From positions 47,678,001 to 47,742,000 of the forward strand of contig OX597826.1 in NCBI GenBank assembly GCA_951406725.2: 64,000 nucleotides of DNA. Direction: 5' to 3'. This document shows, piece by piece, positions 13,620 through 26,885 of this stretch (position 1 is its first letter; the number at the start of each line of letters is the position of its first letter). The position numbers were made by a program, and so were the translations under genes. The DNA comes from Octopus vulgaris (Eukaryota). Below the pieces are notes generated by a model that saw only the letters and a program-made list of their open reading frames with translations, did no database searches and was not told the origin of the DNA.

Positions 13620-14710
13620 CCTCACATTTGTTAAGTCAAGCGGATGTTAAATGACTTAGTGCACAATTTGGAATTGCCAAAAGAAAAGGCAGAGTTGCTT
13701 GGTTCTAGACTTCAAGAATGGAATTTTCTCCAGCTAAACACCAAAGTTTTCCATTTCTGCCACCACCATTTGCAGTTTTCATCATTTTACTTACAGAAGA
13801 AAAACGTTTGCTTCTGCCACGATATCAGTGGCCTGATGGAAAGGATTGGCTTCCTCTATGATCCAAAAGAATGGAGACTGTTCATTGACTCTAGTAAAGC
13901 TAGCCTTAAAGCTGTATTACTGCACAACAGCAATGAAAAACCTTCAATACTTGTAGCACATGCTACCGTCCTTAATGAGACTTATGAATCAATAGAACTG
14001 CTACTAGGATTCATTAAATATAAGGAACACATGTATAATATGTGTGGCGACCATCAAGTTGTATCAATACCTCTTTGGTTACAGTTGGACTACACAAAGC
14101 ATATGTGCTTTTTGTGTCCGTGGAACAGCAGAGATAACAAGAACCACTACAAGAAACATGATTGGCCATCTTGAACTGAACATGTTGTTGGTAAACAAAA
14201 TGAAAAATACTCAGAACTTATTGACCCTTAGAAAGTGCATTTTCTACCACTTTACATTAAATTTGGCCTTATGAAAAATTTCATGAAGGGTATAGATTAT
14301 CAAGGTAGTTTTTTCAATACTCAAATGATAAATTGAAAGGCATATTGACAGATACTGAACTAGAAGCTGGAGTTTTCTCTAGGCTACAAATCCGCAGTGT
14401 CATCCACGACTCATCATTTCCATCTGATCTAAATGAGAATGAACAAGGAATGTGGACATCTTTTGTTGAAGTTGTCAAAAACTTTCTTGGCAACCACAAA
14501 GCTGAAAACCACCATGAACTCGTAGAAAACATGCTTAAATTTTATTAAACAATGAGATGCAGAATGTCTTTGAAAATGCATTTTTTACATTTTCATCTTG
14601 ACTTCTTCTCGGCCAATCTTGGGGCTGTGAGAGACGAGCGTATTAAGTGCTTCTACCAACAGATCTCAGTTATGGAAAATAGATACCAAGATAATTTCAA
14701 GCCAAACAAA
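13620..14710 (+). pseudogene. Chapaev3-like (CMC superfamily) DDE transposase, disrupted
   Basis: LNDLV..L.LPKEKAELLGSRL; WRLFIDSSKASLKAVLLHN; CGD; CFLCxWNSR; LPLYIKFGLMKNF; GNHKAEN; CRMSLKMHFLHFHLDFF..NLGAVRDE. Spread over three frames with stops. Confidence 0.8.
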
Positions 14711-14879
14711 GGAAGAGGAAACACCAAAGTTTCACTTAAGAAATGGAAGTTTCCTTTCCGTTGGTACAAAATACTAAGGCGCTCCGGGTGAACGGTTGAG
14801 TGCAGGGGTGGTAACTCTGCTAGTGGAATCCCGCTGTCTGTCTTAAGTCAGAATAAAAGCGTAAAGACTCCCTTGTTCA

Positions 14880-15301
14880 TTAATTATTTAAGTTTGCTTA
14901 ACATAAAACGTGACACAGAAAAGCAGTTTAGATGACTTTCGCAATAAAAGTGAGTGACAAAAAAAATGAAAAATAGGGGTTTTCGGTTACACAAAATTTG
15001 GATGTGATAGAAAAATTTAGATATACCAACTAAACACTCATAGGTGCAGGAGTGTCTATGGAACAGCAGAGAAGACAAGAACGACTACGAAAAACATGAT
15101 TGGCCATCTAGAACTGAACATGTTGTTGGTAAACAAAATGAGAAATACCCAGAACTTACCAACCACATGGTTCTGGGTTCATTCCCACTGGGTGGCACCT
15201 TGGGCAAGTGTCTTCTACTATAGTCTCGGGCCGACCAAAGCCTTGTGAGTGGATTTGGTAGACGGAAACTGAAAGAAGCCCATCGTATATATGTATGTAT
15301 G

Positions 15302-15391
<90 letters not shown>

Positions 15392-15689
15392 AGTGTCTTT
15401 GTCCCCCACCATCGCTTGACAACCGATGGTGGTGTGTTTACGTTCCCGTAACTTAGCGGTTCGGCAAAAGAGACCGATAGAATAAGTACTTGGCATCCAA
15501 AGAAGAAGTCCTGGGGTCGATTTGCTCGACTAAAGGCGGTGCTCCTACATGGCCGCAGTCAAATTACTGAAACAAGTAAAAGAATAAAAGAATATAAGAT
15601 CTGGAATTAGCATCAGAAATTTGATAGGAATCAGTAGTTTACGTGTTTGTAACAAAAAAGAAAAGTTGAAATTTGTTGCCTTGCATAAT
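14880..15689 (+). mobile_element. 3' terminal region of the Chapaev3-like element, interrupted by a SINE
   Basis: gtgatagaaaaa..(SINE)..ctggaattagc..gttgaaatttgttgccttg resembles, from memory, this family's subterminal/TIR region; no partner TIR found. Confidence 0.45.
15041..15594 (+). mobile_element. SINE family A with a 107-bp transposase fragment in its head
   Basis: Head split after caggagtg and resuming at ccaaccacatgg. Confidence 0.9.
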
Positions 15690-16725
15690 GGTTCTATCCT
15701 GTATTATTTTATGATGGCAAGATAATCTCCAAGTCATTTAATGTAGTAGAACAAGTGATTCTTCAATTGTTCAACTTGGTGTGGTTTCCTTGAAACAATG
15801 TTTGCAATGGCCAGAAAAATTTCCATGAATCAAATCAAATCAAATACCAACTAAACACTCAGAGATAACACTCTCACTTCTTGATAAACGGAAGGACACA
15901 CTGGATAACGTAGTCCTAAATTAGAAACAAAAATAGGCGGTATGATTACCCCTAGAATGCTTTTGACTCTAAGTCTGTACTCTCTCTCTCACCCCAGGTG
16001 TCTTGCCTGTTTTACATGTACTGGAAATCATAGCCCTCCATTTCAAACTCTGAATACTCATGGTTGGTGGGAAGGAGATGAGATACGACAATGGTTTTCT
16101 GCTGGTTTATTTACAATTTACCTTGGTACTCTCTTGCTCTCCCAAAATTACCTTTGAAGCAGATAATTCATTTCACTCTCAGGCAGAGGGACTGGATCAC
16201 ATGACATCAGAATATAGCCACACACTGGTGAAACTGTGCGGCACATGTCAGGGGATCAATCCGTTCTCTAAGTCTTGTGTGTCTTAGCCACTAGGAAATC
16301 TTTCTATTTTCATCTGACCTACAACTGGTGCCCTTTGACGGGTATCAGAACGGACTCGGTACTAATTGTGACTAACTGGTAACTCCATATTCTTCAAAAC
16401 GCTTCAACTTCTTGGTTGACAGAAAATGTAAGATGACCGTCGTGTGTGTGTGTGTGTGTGTGTTTGTTCCCCCTCCACCGCTTGACAACCGGTGTCTGTG
16501 TGTTTATATCCCCTTAACTTAGTATTTCGGCAAAAGTGATCTATAGAAAAAGTATCAGGCTTTAAAACAACAAAAAAAGTACTGGGTTTGATTTTGATTC
16601 ATTCTACTACAGTTCTTCAAGGCAGTGCCCCAGCATGGTCGCAGTCTAATGACTAAAACATGTAACAGATAAAATAAAAGATACAATATGATAGAAACCA
16701 AACAGTGGCAGCAGCAGCAACAGCA

Positions 16726-17145
16726 GTGGAGGCACAATGGCCCAGTGGTTAGGGCAGCGGACTCGCGGTCAGAGGATCGCGGTTTCGATTCCCAGACCGG
16801 GCGTTGTTTGTGTTTATTGAGGAAAATCACATAGTTTCACGACGCTCCGACAGGGGGTGGTGGCGACCCCTGGTGTACCCTTTCGCTCTAACTTTCTCTC
16901 AGTCTTTCTTCCTGTTTCTTGTCCCCCGACTTCCTACGCAACCGCTGAGCCTGGATGCGCATTCATCCATCCGTCGATGCTTTCGGTGTCGGGGGTTGAC
17001 CTGCTTTCTCTTCTGCGGGTCTTACGAATAGCAAAGGACCACGTTTCGGACTTCTCCCACTACAGAAAATCCTGAGGCGCGATCTTGCGAGCTCTGGGAC
17101 GAAGACCGTTTCGCTCAACAAACAAACAAACAAACAAACAAACAA
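16726..17145 (+). mobile_element. tRNA-derived SINE family D (resembles octopus OR-type), (AAAC)n tail
   Basis: A box tggcccagtgg, B box gtttcgattcc; head shared with 35327-35650; approximate TSD agcagYaacagcag. Confidence 0.85.
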
Positions 17146-17399
17146 GCAGTAACAGCAGCAGTGACAATTGTATTAAAGGTTTGTGAGTATGAGAAAAGGG
17201 TGTGAGGGTGGTTGCTTATGAGATTCAGATGACATCCTGTTATGTGACAACTTTACTCAGCAACACAAGACACTACTACCAGTTGTAATTAGACGCTAAG
17301 GTGATTATAAATATAATGGTATCTCCCCTTGAATGTTGGCTGTCACGGAAACAAGTGTATAACAGAAAAAAAGGGTGTTGATGAGTGAGAGGAAAATAG

Positions 17400-19020
<1,621 letters not shown>

Positions 19021-19024
19021 GGTA

Positions 19025-19640
19025 GAGGAATCTGAGTTCCTCGAAATTCGTTCAGGTGTCCGACAGAGACGTGTTCTACCTACAACGCTCTCTCAACCAT
19101 GATATCGGCTGGAACGTGAAGCGTGTTCTAGCGGGTTTCCTGTGCTTTGCTGTAGACAATGAGTTTTTTTTTTCTTCATCGACTTTCACTTTGGTCCCTA
19201 CATCATGATAAACGGAGTAGCACATAGTGTCAAGGGATGAACTGATCACACAGGGAGGCCGGTTTATACATTCACTTTTACTGTAATTGAAGAAACGTTA
19301 TTTTTTAAAGACGCGAGCGGCCAATTTGGCTCCTGCACTGAGCAGCCAAAAGTCACATAATGCCACTGATGCAGATATACAATATACCAATAAATGTCCC
19401 AGTATGTACCCGTCCAACATTAACATGAAAATCAATGTCAACAAGACAAAGATTGTATCCACTGACATCTCGTCTTCTGGAAGTATCTCCGTCGTATTCA
19501 TTTTGTCCAAGAAATCTCCAAAACGGGGCTAATCAATCATGCAGTTTTGGAGAAACCTACTTGCCACAAGCTGAGGTAAAGATGCGAGAGGTGTCCGGAT
19601 CAGCGGTGCACGAGGTACATTCTACCGTTTTCAAAATTGG
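19025..19640 (+). pseudogene. decayed RTE-like reverse transcriptase fragment
   Basis: SEFLEIRSGVRQRRVLPTTL (cf. GVRQGCVLSP.LF), NHDIGW after a frameshift, and MKINVNKTKIV (cf. GLKIN..KTK). Confidence 0.75.
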
Positions 19641-21514
19641 CTTATCTTTAGGTCGGAGATAACCGCAGCCACGAAATTCACATATATCGTCGTTTGTTAC
19701 TTGAAGTGACAAAATGTTTAAAATATTGCAAATGTTACAGAGAAAATTGTATATTATTATTTGCTGCTAAGTCATCGAATGAATCTGAGTTTTCAAAGAA
19801 AAACAAAATAACATAATAATGAATTGCTTCAATACTTTCTGACACAGCTAACTTACAATTTTTCTTTCTTTCTTTTTGCAATCCCTTTAGCATGGACCAA
19901 GGAATATGGCATTGACAGCAAACTCTTAGAAAATGTCTTTAATCTATGGGTACTTTTAGTATGAGTACACGAGGAAAAGAAAAATATGTATGTTTTCTAC
20001 GGGAACTTGAGGGTAAAAATCAGATGAGAGACAAGATTTATAAGTTGTGGGAATAGGACTAATAAATATCAAAGTATAAATGAATGCGAAGATAAGAATG
20101 GAAAAAATAGAATGAGCTGAGATTGGAAGAAAAAGTTACAATAAATATTGTTATCTGTTCTTCGTTTTCTCTCTTTTCTTTGGTTATTTCATCAAATAAA
20201 GACATCTATAAAGAACTTTTTTTCTTCTGGAAAGGGTTAAAAGCAAAGAGCTGCAAAACGAGGAAACTGAAACTTGGAGAACAAATGAGAAAGTGATGAG
20301 ATTGGGCTTCAGTCAATTGTCTCTCTAACGTATGTGAAAATATTCGGTTTTTCTGAGAACGTCTCTTGTGTTTGTCAATGCTACCATTTCATTGCCGAGA
20401 AATAAACTACCCAATCATGTAACACAGTCAGCAGAGAATTCAACGAAGCTTATTGATTGGCTGTTTAACCCAATTCAGATACGATCAATGCATAACAAGA
20501 ACAATAGAACGAAATACTATTGTCAACATTTAGATTTTTCTCCCTCACGTCTGACAGCACCAGGAAAATGCAATTTGCACAATTGCAATAACAAAAGATT
20601 GAAAAAATCCATAAAAGACACATAAAGAATTCAAAATTGCAACACCAACAAATATATAACAAATACCTCTATGGAGAGATCTGATTTTTTTCTTCCTCTT
20701 CTTGTTTAAATATTTTTTTATATTTTATTATATTTTTGAAGAATTTTTTTTTCAACTTGGTACAATTTATTGTCTTTCTCATTTTTCTTCTACTTTATCA
20801 GGATTTGTAAAAGTCACTCTCCGTGGTATACCTCGAAATAAACAACTTAATAATAGCGAAGCAAGAAATATTACACTGAAACCAAAACTGAAGACGAGAA
20901 AAGAAGAAAAATGAAGAAACAAAGAAGCAAAAAAAAAAAAAAAAAGAAGCAGAGGGAGCCAGAATGATTAAAAAAAAGTGTAGGGAGAAATGCAGAAAAG
21001 TGATAGAAAAAGAAGGGAAAGGAGGAAGGAAAAATGATATTCTAACAGAAAACTTAAGAATAGTTGAAGCAAGTTGTGATGGTCAGAATCGATTAGAAGG
21101 GAGTGTCATCCTGGTATTCACAAAGGGTCCCGTCACTGTTTTACATATTGGTTTCAAATTTTGGCACAAGGCCAGCAAGTTCTGGTAAGGAGCCCCACCC
21201 CACCTCAGTACTCAATTATATATATATATATATATAATTACATGCGTATGATTGTGTTTATATGTCTGTATCTCATTGCTTGTTGGTTTGTTTATGTCAA
21301 CCTTGTTGTTTTTACTTTGTTGATATCAAATTAGAAGGTAATAAGAACCAATTAATAATAATAGAATTTTCGAGAAAAAATAGTTGTTTTGAATTTTGCC
21401 AACTAAATGGTTTTCATAATGTTTTTGTCTATATTTTGGCTAAAACTTAGAACACAGTACTAGTCAAATACTATCTCCATCTAATCAGCGATAACTCATA
21501 CGGATTATATTTTT

Positions 21515-21550
21515 GGATACATTTCAGTCTTATTCTAACCTCATCAATCC
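21515..21550 (-). ncRNA. degenerate minimal type I hammerhead motif
   Basis: GGA-UUGAUGA-GGUU..GACU-GAAA-U-GUA-UCC. Confidence 0.45.
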
Positions 21551-22062
21551 CAGATTTCAAATCACACGCTTCCGTCGTCAGAATAAAGGGCAGGACTTGT
21601 TACTCTACGCCTGAAAATAAAATGAAATGGACTTAAGTTAACGCGTTTCCTCATATCTGATGAAAGAGCATTGATTTGAGATTAAATAGCAACAGCAAAA
21701 AACGCCGATGAATTCTAGTTTATCTCTGGTAGGCACCGCATTGAGTTTCAAAAGACAGAACATTTCACTTTCATTCACATAGTCTACATGGCCGTAAACA
21801 TGAGTGTTTTGTTTAATATATATATGTGTGTGTGTGTGTCTATGTATGAGTATGAGTGTGTGAATGTTTATATATGAAGTAAAACCAACTATAGTATAAT
21901 AAATATCATTAAATACATATACTAATGTATAAACTTTGTGCATTTCCGGTGGCTGCAATGACGGAAAATACACAAAGCATATACATTAGTATAAATAAAA
22001 TAATATATATGTATATATACATACATATATGTGCATACATATATATATATATACATATATGG

Positions 22063-22550
22063 ATACAGGACGTTACAAAACGTAAACAACTTGAAATACG
22101 AAAACAACATGAAATGTGAAAGCAACTTGGGTATGCGAACAACGTGAGAAATAAGTGGAAAACAAGACAAGTAACATAAAGAACGACCCTTCATCAGTTG
22201 TTGCTGTTCATCTACTCCACATTTCGAGCAATTAACAACAATATGAGGCCTCGAAAAGCAGTTGCTCCTGTGAACCAAAATAAAATTTGGGATTTTGCGG
22301 AGGGTCAAAGTTGGTAGCAAAAACAGGACAGTGGAGACATACAACAAACCAAACGAAAACATACATGGAGTGCCGTTTGACCAGACGCGGTAAGGTAGCG
22401 AACGCTGGAGGAACATTCTTTGACAAGAGAAAAGATAGGAGAGGTGGCAGATAAGAATGCGTCTGGGCTGTGCGACAGATTGAAGGAAAAGAAAGATGAT
22501 CACGTGAAGAAAAGATGGACGATGGTCACGTATGAGCAACGAGCGAGAGA
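22063..22550 (-). mobile_element. non-autonomous repeat next to (TA)n carrying a rearranged hammerhead (Penelope-like by inference)
   Basis: Partial second copy at 22826-23070; related copy at 44430-44620. Confidence 0.6.
22182..22248 (-). ncRNA. candidate pseudoknotted hammerhead ribozyme (non-I/II/III strand order)
   Basis: CCUCAU-A-UUGUUGUU-AAUUGCUC-GAA-AUGUGG-(11 nt)-AGCAACAA-CUGAUGA-A-GGGUCGUU. All three stems are in register with the core. Confidence 0.65.
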
Positions 22551-22778
22551 CTAAAGGAGGAAGAGGGGGAGAGAGAGACAGATAGAAAACGGTGAAGGGG
22601 AGAAAAAAGAATTAGAGAAAGGATGAGAGAGAAAAATGAAAGGGGAAGAAGGGGAGAAAAAAAATTTGGGAAAGGAAGAGAGAGAAATCGAAAGGAGGAG
22701 AGAGAGAGAGAACAGTACATGGTAGAGTCGCATCAAAATTATTACGATAAACTTACTTGGAAATGGATCCGTGGCATT

Positions 22779-22818
<40 letters not shown>

Positions 22819-22825
22819 TATATGA

Positions 22826-23070
22826 GTACAGGACGTCACTAAAGGTAAACAGCATGAAATACGAAGTCAAACTTGGGTATTCGAACAACGAGAGAAACAA
22901 ATCGAAAACAAGACAGGTAACATGAAGAATGACCCTTTATCAGTTGTTGCTGTTCATCTACTCCACATTTCGAGCAATTAACAACAATATGAGGCTTCGA
23001 TAAACAGTTGCCCCCGCGAACCAAAATAAGATATGGGATTTTTGCGGAGGGTCAAAGCTGGAAACAAAAA
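22826..23070 (-). mobile_element. second copy of the 22.1-kb element (core reads CUGAUAA)
   Basis: Direct alignment to 22063-22325. Confidence 0.8.
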
Positions 23071-23145
23071 AATTACTAGAGATGATTTTATTTCATATGT
23101 AAATATATATATATACGCTCACACACATCTACATATACACATACA

Positions 23146-23782
23146 CTGTGTGGTACGAAGCTTGCTTCTCAACCTCATGGTTCTTGGCTCAATCCCAGTG
23201 CGTGACACCTTAGTCTTCTGCTATAGCCTCTGGCCGACCAAACCCTTGTGAGTGTATTTGGTAGACGAAACTGAAAGAAGCCCGTCGTTTATATGTACTG
23301 GTGTGTATGTATGAGTGTGTGTGTGTGTGTATTTGTGTGTTTCTGTTTGCCCCCACCATCGCTTGACAACCAGTGTTGGTGTGTTTACGTCTTTGTAACT
23401 TGGCGGTTCGGCAAAACACACCGATGAAGTAAGTACTAGGCTTATAAAGAATAAGTTCTAGGGTCGATTTGTTCGACTAAAGGCGGTGCTGCAGCATGGC
23501 CGCAGTTAAATGACTGAAACAAATAAAAGAATAAGAGAGGGTGTCTGTGTAAGTGTTCTATCGGTATTTTTGCCGAACCGCTAACATACAAGGATGTAAA
23601 CACACCAACACCGGTTGCCAAGCGATAGATGGTGGGGACAAACGAAGATAAAAACACACACAGATATATACATATATATAGGATGGGCTTCTTTCAGTTA
23701 CTGTCTACCAAATCCACTCACAAGGCTTTAGCCGGCTCGAGGCTATAGTAAAATATACTTGCTTAGGGTGCCATACAGTGGC
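23146..23782. mobile_element. two SINE family A copies, tail to tail (+ 23146-23538, - 23556-23782)
   Basis: Aligns with family A in both orientations. Confidence 0.85.
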
Positions 23783-24328
23783 AATAACATAGACCAACTG
23801 CATAAATTAAGAGAAAACCTGTTGGAGGACTGGTGTTGAATAAGTACATATATAGATATCGTGGTAGCCATTTCGGGAGCATGGAACACAACTGACCTGT
23901 CAATTTATTGTGAGTTTTTGTGTTTTGTTCTGTGTGTGTGTGCGTGCGACGACAGTATTCATAATGGCAATCATGTTTATTATAAAGCACTTAAGTTGCT
24001 GAAAATGGCGTGATTACATATGAATTTATAATTATCTAGGAAACAGAACCTCGATAGAATATTTATATACACACACACATATACATCTATATATGTGTAT
24101 ATATACACATATATATACATATATATATACTTGTATATATATATATATATATATATACATATATATATACATATATAGACATATACATATACATATATAT
24201 ACGTATATGTATATATGTATATATATGTATATATATATATACATATATATACATGTATATATATATGTATATGTGTATATATATACATATATATGCATAT
24301 ATATGCATTTATATACATATATATATAC

Positions 24329-24364
<36 letters not shown>

Positions 24365-25017
24365 GCGAAATACAAACGTAACGTGGAAGAGAAAAAAATC
24401 AAATAATGGCCGTGCTGAGTATCGTTTCTAATTTTTCTCTAGCGTCCTGAATACCATTTCATTTAAATACAATTTTAATGCACCCTGTTGCTTTTTAAAA
24501 TAATTGACTAGGCATAAAATACTACATATTAGAGGAAGAAAAAGAAAAACAAACCTCCTTGACTCGATGCCAATTGCGAGTTATTTAACTGAAGTTTGAA
24601 ATCGCAGCGAGGAACAGGGCCTGTCCGAATTTTCAATACTACTTCGTGACGCTCTTCATGCATTTGGTTTGGAGAGTGACAAACAACACTGCCTTGATAA
24701 TGATAGCGACCATCAGGCAAAGCTATGCACTGGGACCCTGCGAAAACAACTACAACAAGCATATATTAGCGTTCGTTTTTTTTATGCTTTAAAATAGCAC
24801 TCATGGTGAAAGCCATAGATTTAGAGTATGAGAGATAGATGTTTCAGTCCCTAGTTAGAACTGTTTTCACTTCATTTACCATTTCCCATTACTTGCCATT
24901 TCTCTCTTCTCAAATAGCATAAATCTATTAATTCAAAAAAGCATATTTTGAAAGAAAATATAGTAACTTTATTCGAAAGTCTGCTTCCTCATTTTTGTTC
25001 TATGCTACACAACACTC

Positions 25018-25470
25018 CAGTCTGTTCTTGGACTACATATTGTTCCGTTCTTGGATTGCATGGTGGTCCGCTCTTGGATGATTTGGGGACTATATATCTA
25101 TCAGTTAGTTGCTGGACATTCCTGGACGATATATTACTCCGTTCTTAGACAGTTCACAGATTACATATCAGTCCGTCCTTAGATGGACTACATATCGGTC
25201 AGTTCTTGGATGAGTCTTGGACTGCATATGAGTCAGTTCTTGGACATTTTTAAGATTACATGTTGGTATGTTCTTAGTTCATAGACAACAAATCGGCATG
25301 TTTTTGGAGATTTCTTGGACTACATATTGCACAGCATTTGGTTAGTTCTTGAACTACTCATCGGTCCATTCTTTGATAGTTTTTGAACTACATAGTGATC
25401 TGTTCTTGGCTGGTCCTTTGACAATATATCGGCTCGTTCTTAGACAGTTTTATCATATCAGTTTTTTCCT
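25018..25470. repeat. degenerate minisatellite, ~23/34-bp units (ttcttggactacatatcggtcag..)
   Basis: Recurrent ttcttgga and actacatat words, roughly 13-15 units. Confidence 0.8.
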
Positions 25471-26247
25471 AGAAGTTGCCAACTCTTTCCTCAAACTTTG
25501 TCAATTATTTGAGAAATGGTCACTGCGAGTTGTCTCTAACGCAGAACCTCTTAGAAAAATTTTGCAAAACGAAACAAAACCTGCTACCTAGTCATCGGGG
25601 ACAAACCCACTAGCACCTGAAAGGTATCTGAGTTTTCTTTATATTTTACGGTGAAGCCCGTCAGAATTTCATGGACCATTCTTCGGCACTGCACACCCTG
25701 GACCGATGTACCAGTTGAACCAGGCTCTACAATTATAACCCCTCTGCAAGAGTTACAATAAAGAATCGAAGGAATTGACTGGTGCTTTATTTATCAACCC
25801 CAAAAGGATCAACAACAAAATCGGCTTCAACGATATTTGAACGCAGAGCAGTGTATACAATAGAGGCAAATTCATTCTATTCAATACTGTAGCAACTCTG
25901 ATAATTCCCTGCTTTATTTGAAAATCCACATCTATATCTGAAGAAAGAATAAATCTAAATGAGATTTTTGGTCAATCTCGTTTGGTATATGACCGATTGA
26001 TATGCTGTTTATTTATTTATATTAGCTGATCTGTAATACTTGTTAATGTTGTTGCTATTTATCTCCAGGTTAGCACTGGCAGAGTAGACCCCTAGTCAAA
26101 CACAGTCCACTCTTGACCATCCATTCTATTGTATGTCACTGTCAGTAACAGAAACAATTTGTAGAAAAAAGGTCAGGGTACTTTAAAGTTGTTTCCCTTG
26201 CTCCTAAAACCCAAAGTTAGAAAAGTGTGTGAACCAGAAACCATTAA

Positions 26248-26885
26248 GAAGAACAACAAACTTCCTGTGAGCGATGAAAAGTGGAACGGCTATTGGGAGA
26301 TGACTACAGACTTATCAGGGTTCCAGAGACTCTTTCCCATCCCAGTTATGAAAAAAAATAGACATTTTAATGTGGTGTGAAAGAAAGAAAGTTGTAAATC
26401 TAGTCGAGTTAATGGCTCCCCATGAAGATAACATGGACGCCACTCGGGTTCGAAAGATTGACCCTTATGCAAACCTCCTCGAGGAATGTGAAGACACAGG
26501 ATGGAAAGCGGAGATTTTCCAATCGAAGTCGGATGTAGGGAGTTTGTTGGACACAGTGTGAGACGACTGTTGTTATCGTTAGACCTAACTCATCGTAAAG
26601 TTAATACCACCATGACCGATATCCAAACAACAGTGGATATGGCTAGACACTGGATTTGGTTAAAAGAAGACGATGAACGGTGGCTAGAAGTATATTGAGC
26701 TGTATTTAATAACCAGTTGATCTAGCCAGCGGGAACTCATATCAGTGAGGGGGCCTGTGCGCATTGATGCCGTCGAGAGGTAGGCTCCGAAACGGCGCGC
26801 ATTTTCTCCTGATGACCCTATACACATGCTGGCATCCAGTATGCGGCGTTCTAGACTGGTTGCATTTGCATGTGCAAGTTGTTTT
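26248..26885 (+). pseudogene. Hero-like (REL endonuclease) LINE 3' end plus structured 3' UTR
   Basis: DILMWCERKKVVNLVELMAPHEDN..RK..Y.NL.EEC...GWKA / FPIEVGCREFVG.S...ARHWIWLK across frameshifts; stop at 26698. Confidence 0.85.
26768..26820 (+). ncRNA. candidate pseudoknotted hammerhead in the Hero 3' UTR
   Basis: GCCGU-C-GAGAGG-UAGGCUCC-GAA-ACGGC..UUUCUC-CUGAUGA-CCCUA. Stems III and I are in register; stem II is imperfect. Confidence 0.55.

Noticed and set aside
16726-16800. tRNA gene
   Set aside because: It is a SINE head: no proper acceptor stem, it continues into a repeat body, and it is multi-copy.
17030-17070. Hammerhead-like CUGUAGU..GAAACG on the minus strand of the SINE D tail
   Set aside because: Two core mismatches and no stem I pairing.
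19298-19510. Hydrophobic 70-aa minus-strand ORF resembling a membrane protein exon
   Set aside because: It is antisense to a decayed RTE reverse transcriptase (MKINVNKTK motif) and has no splice or family support.
21570-21670. GAAACGCG and CUGACGA/CUGAUGA words
   Set aside because: No helices are in register in any strand order.
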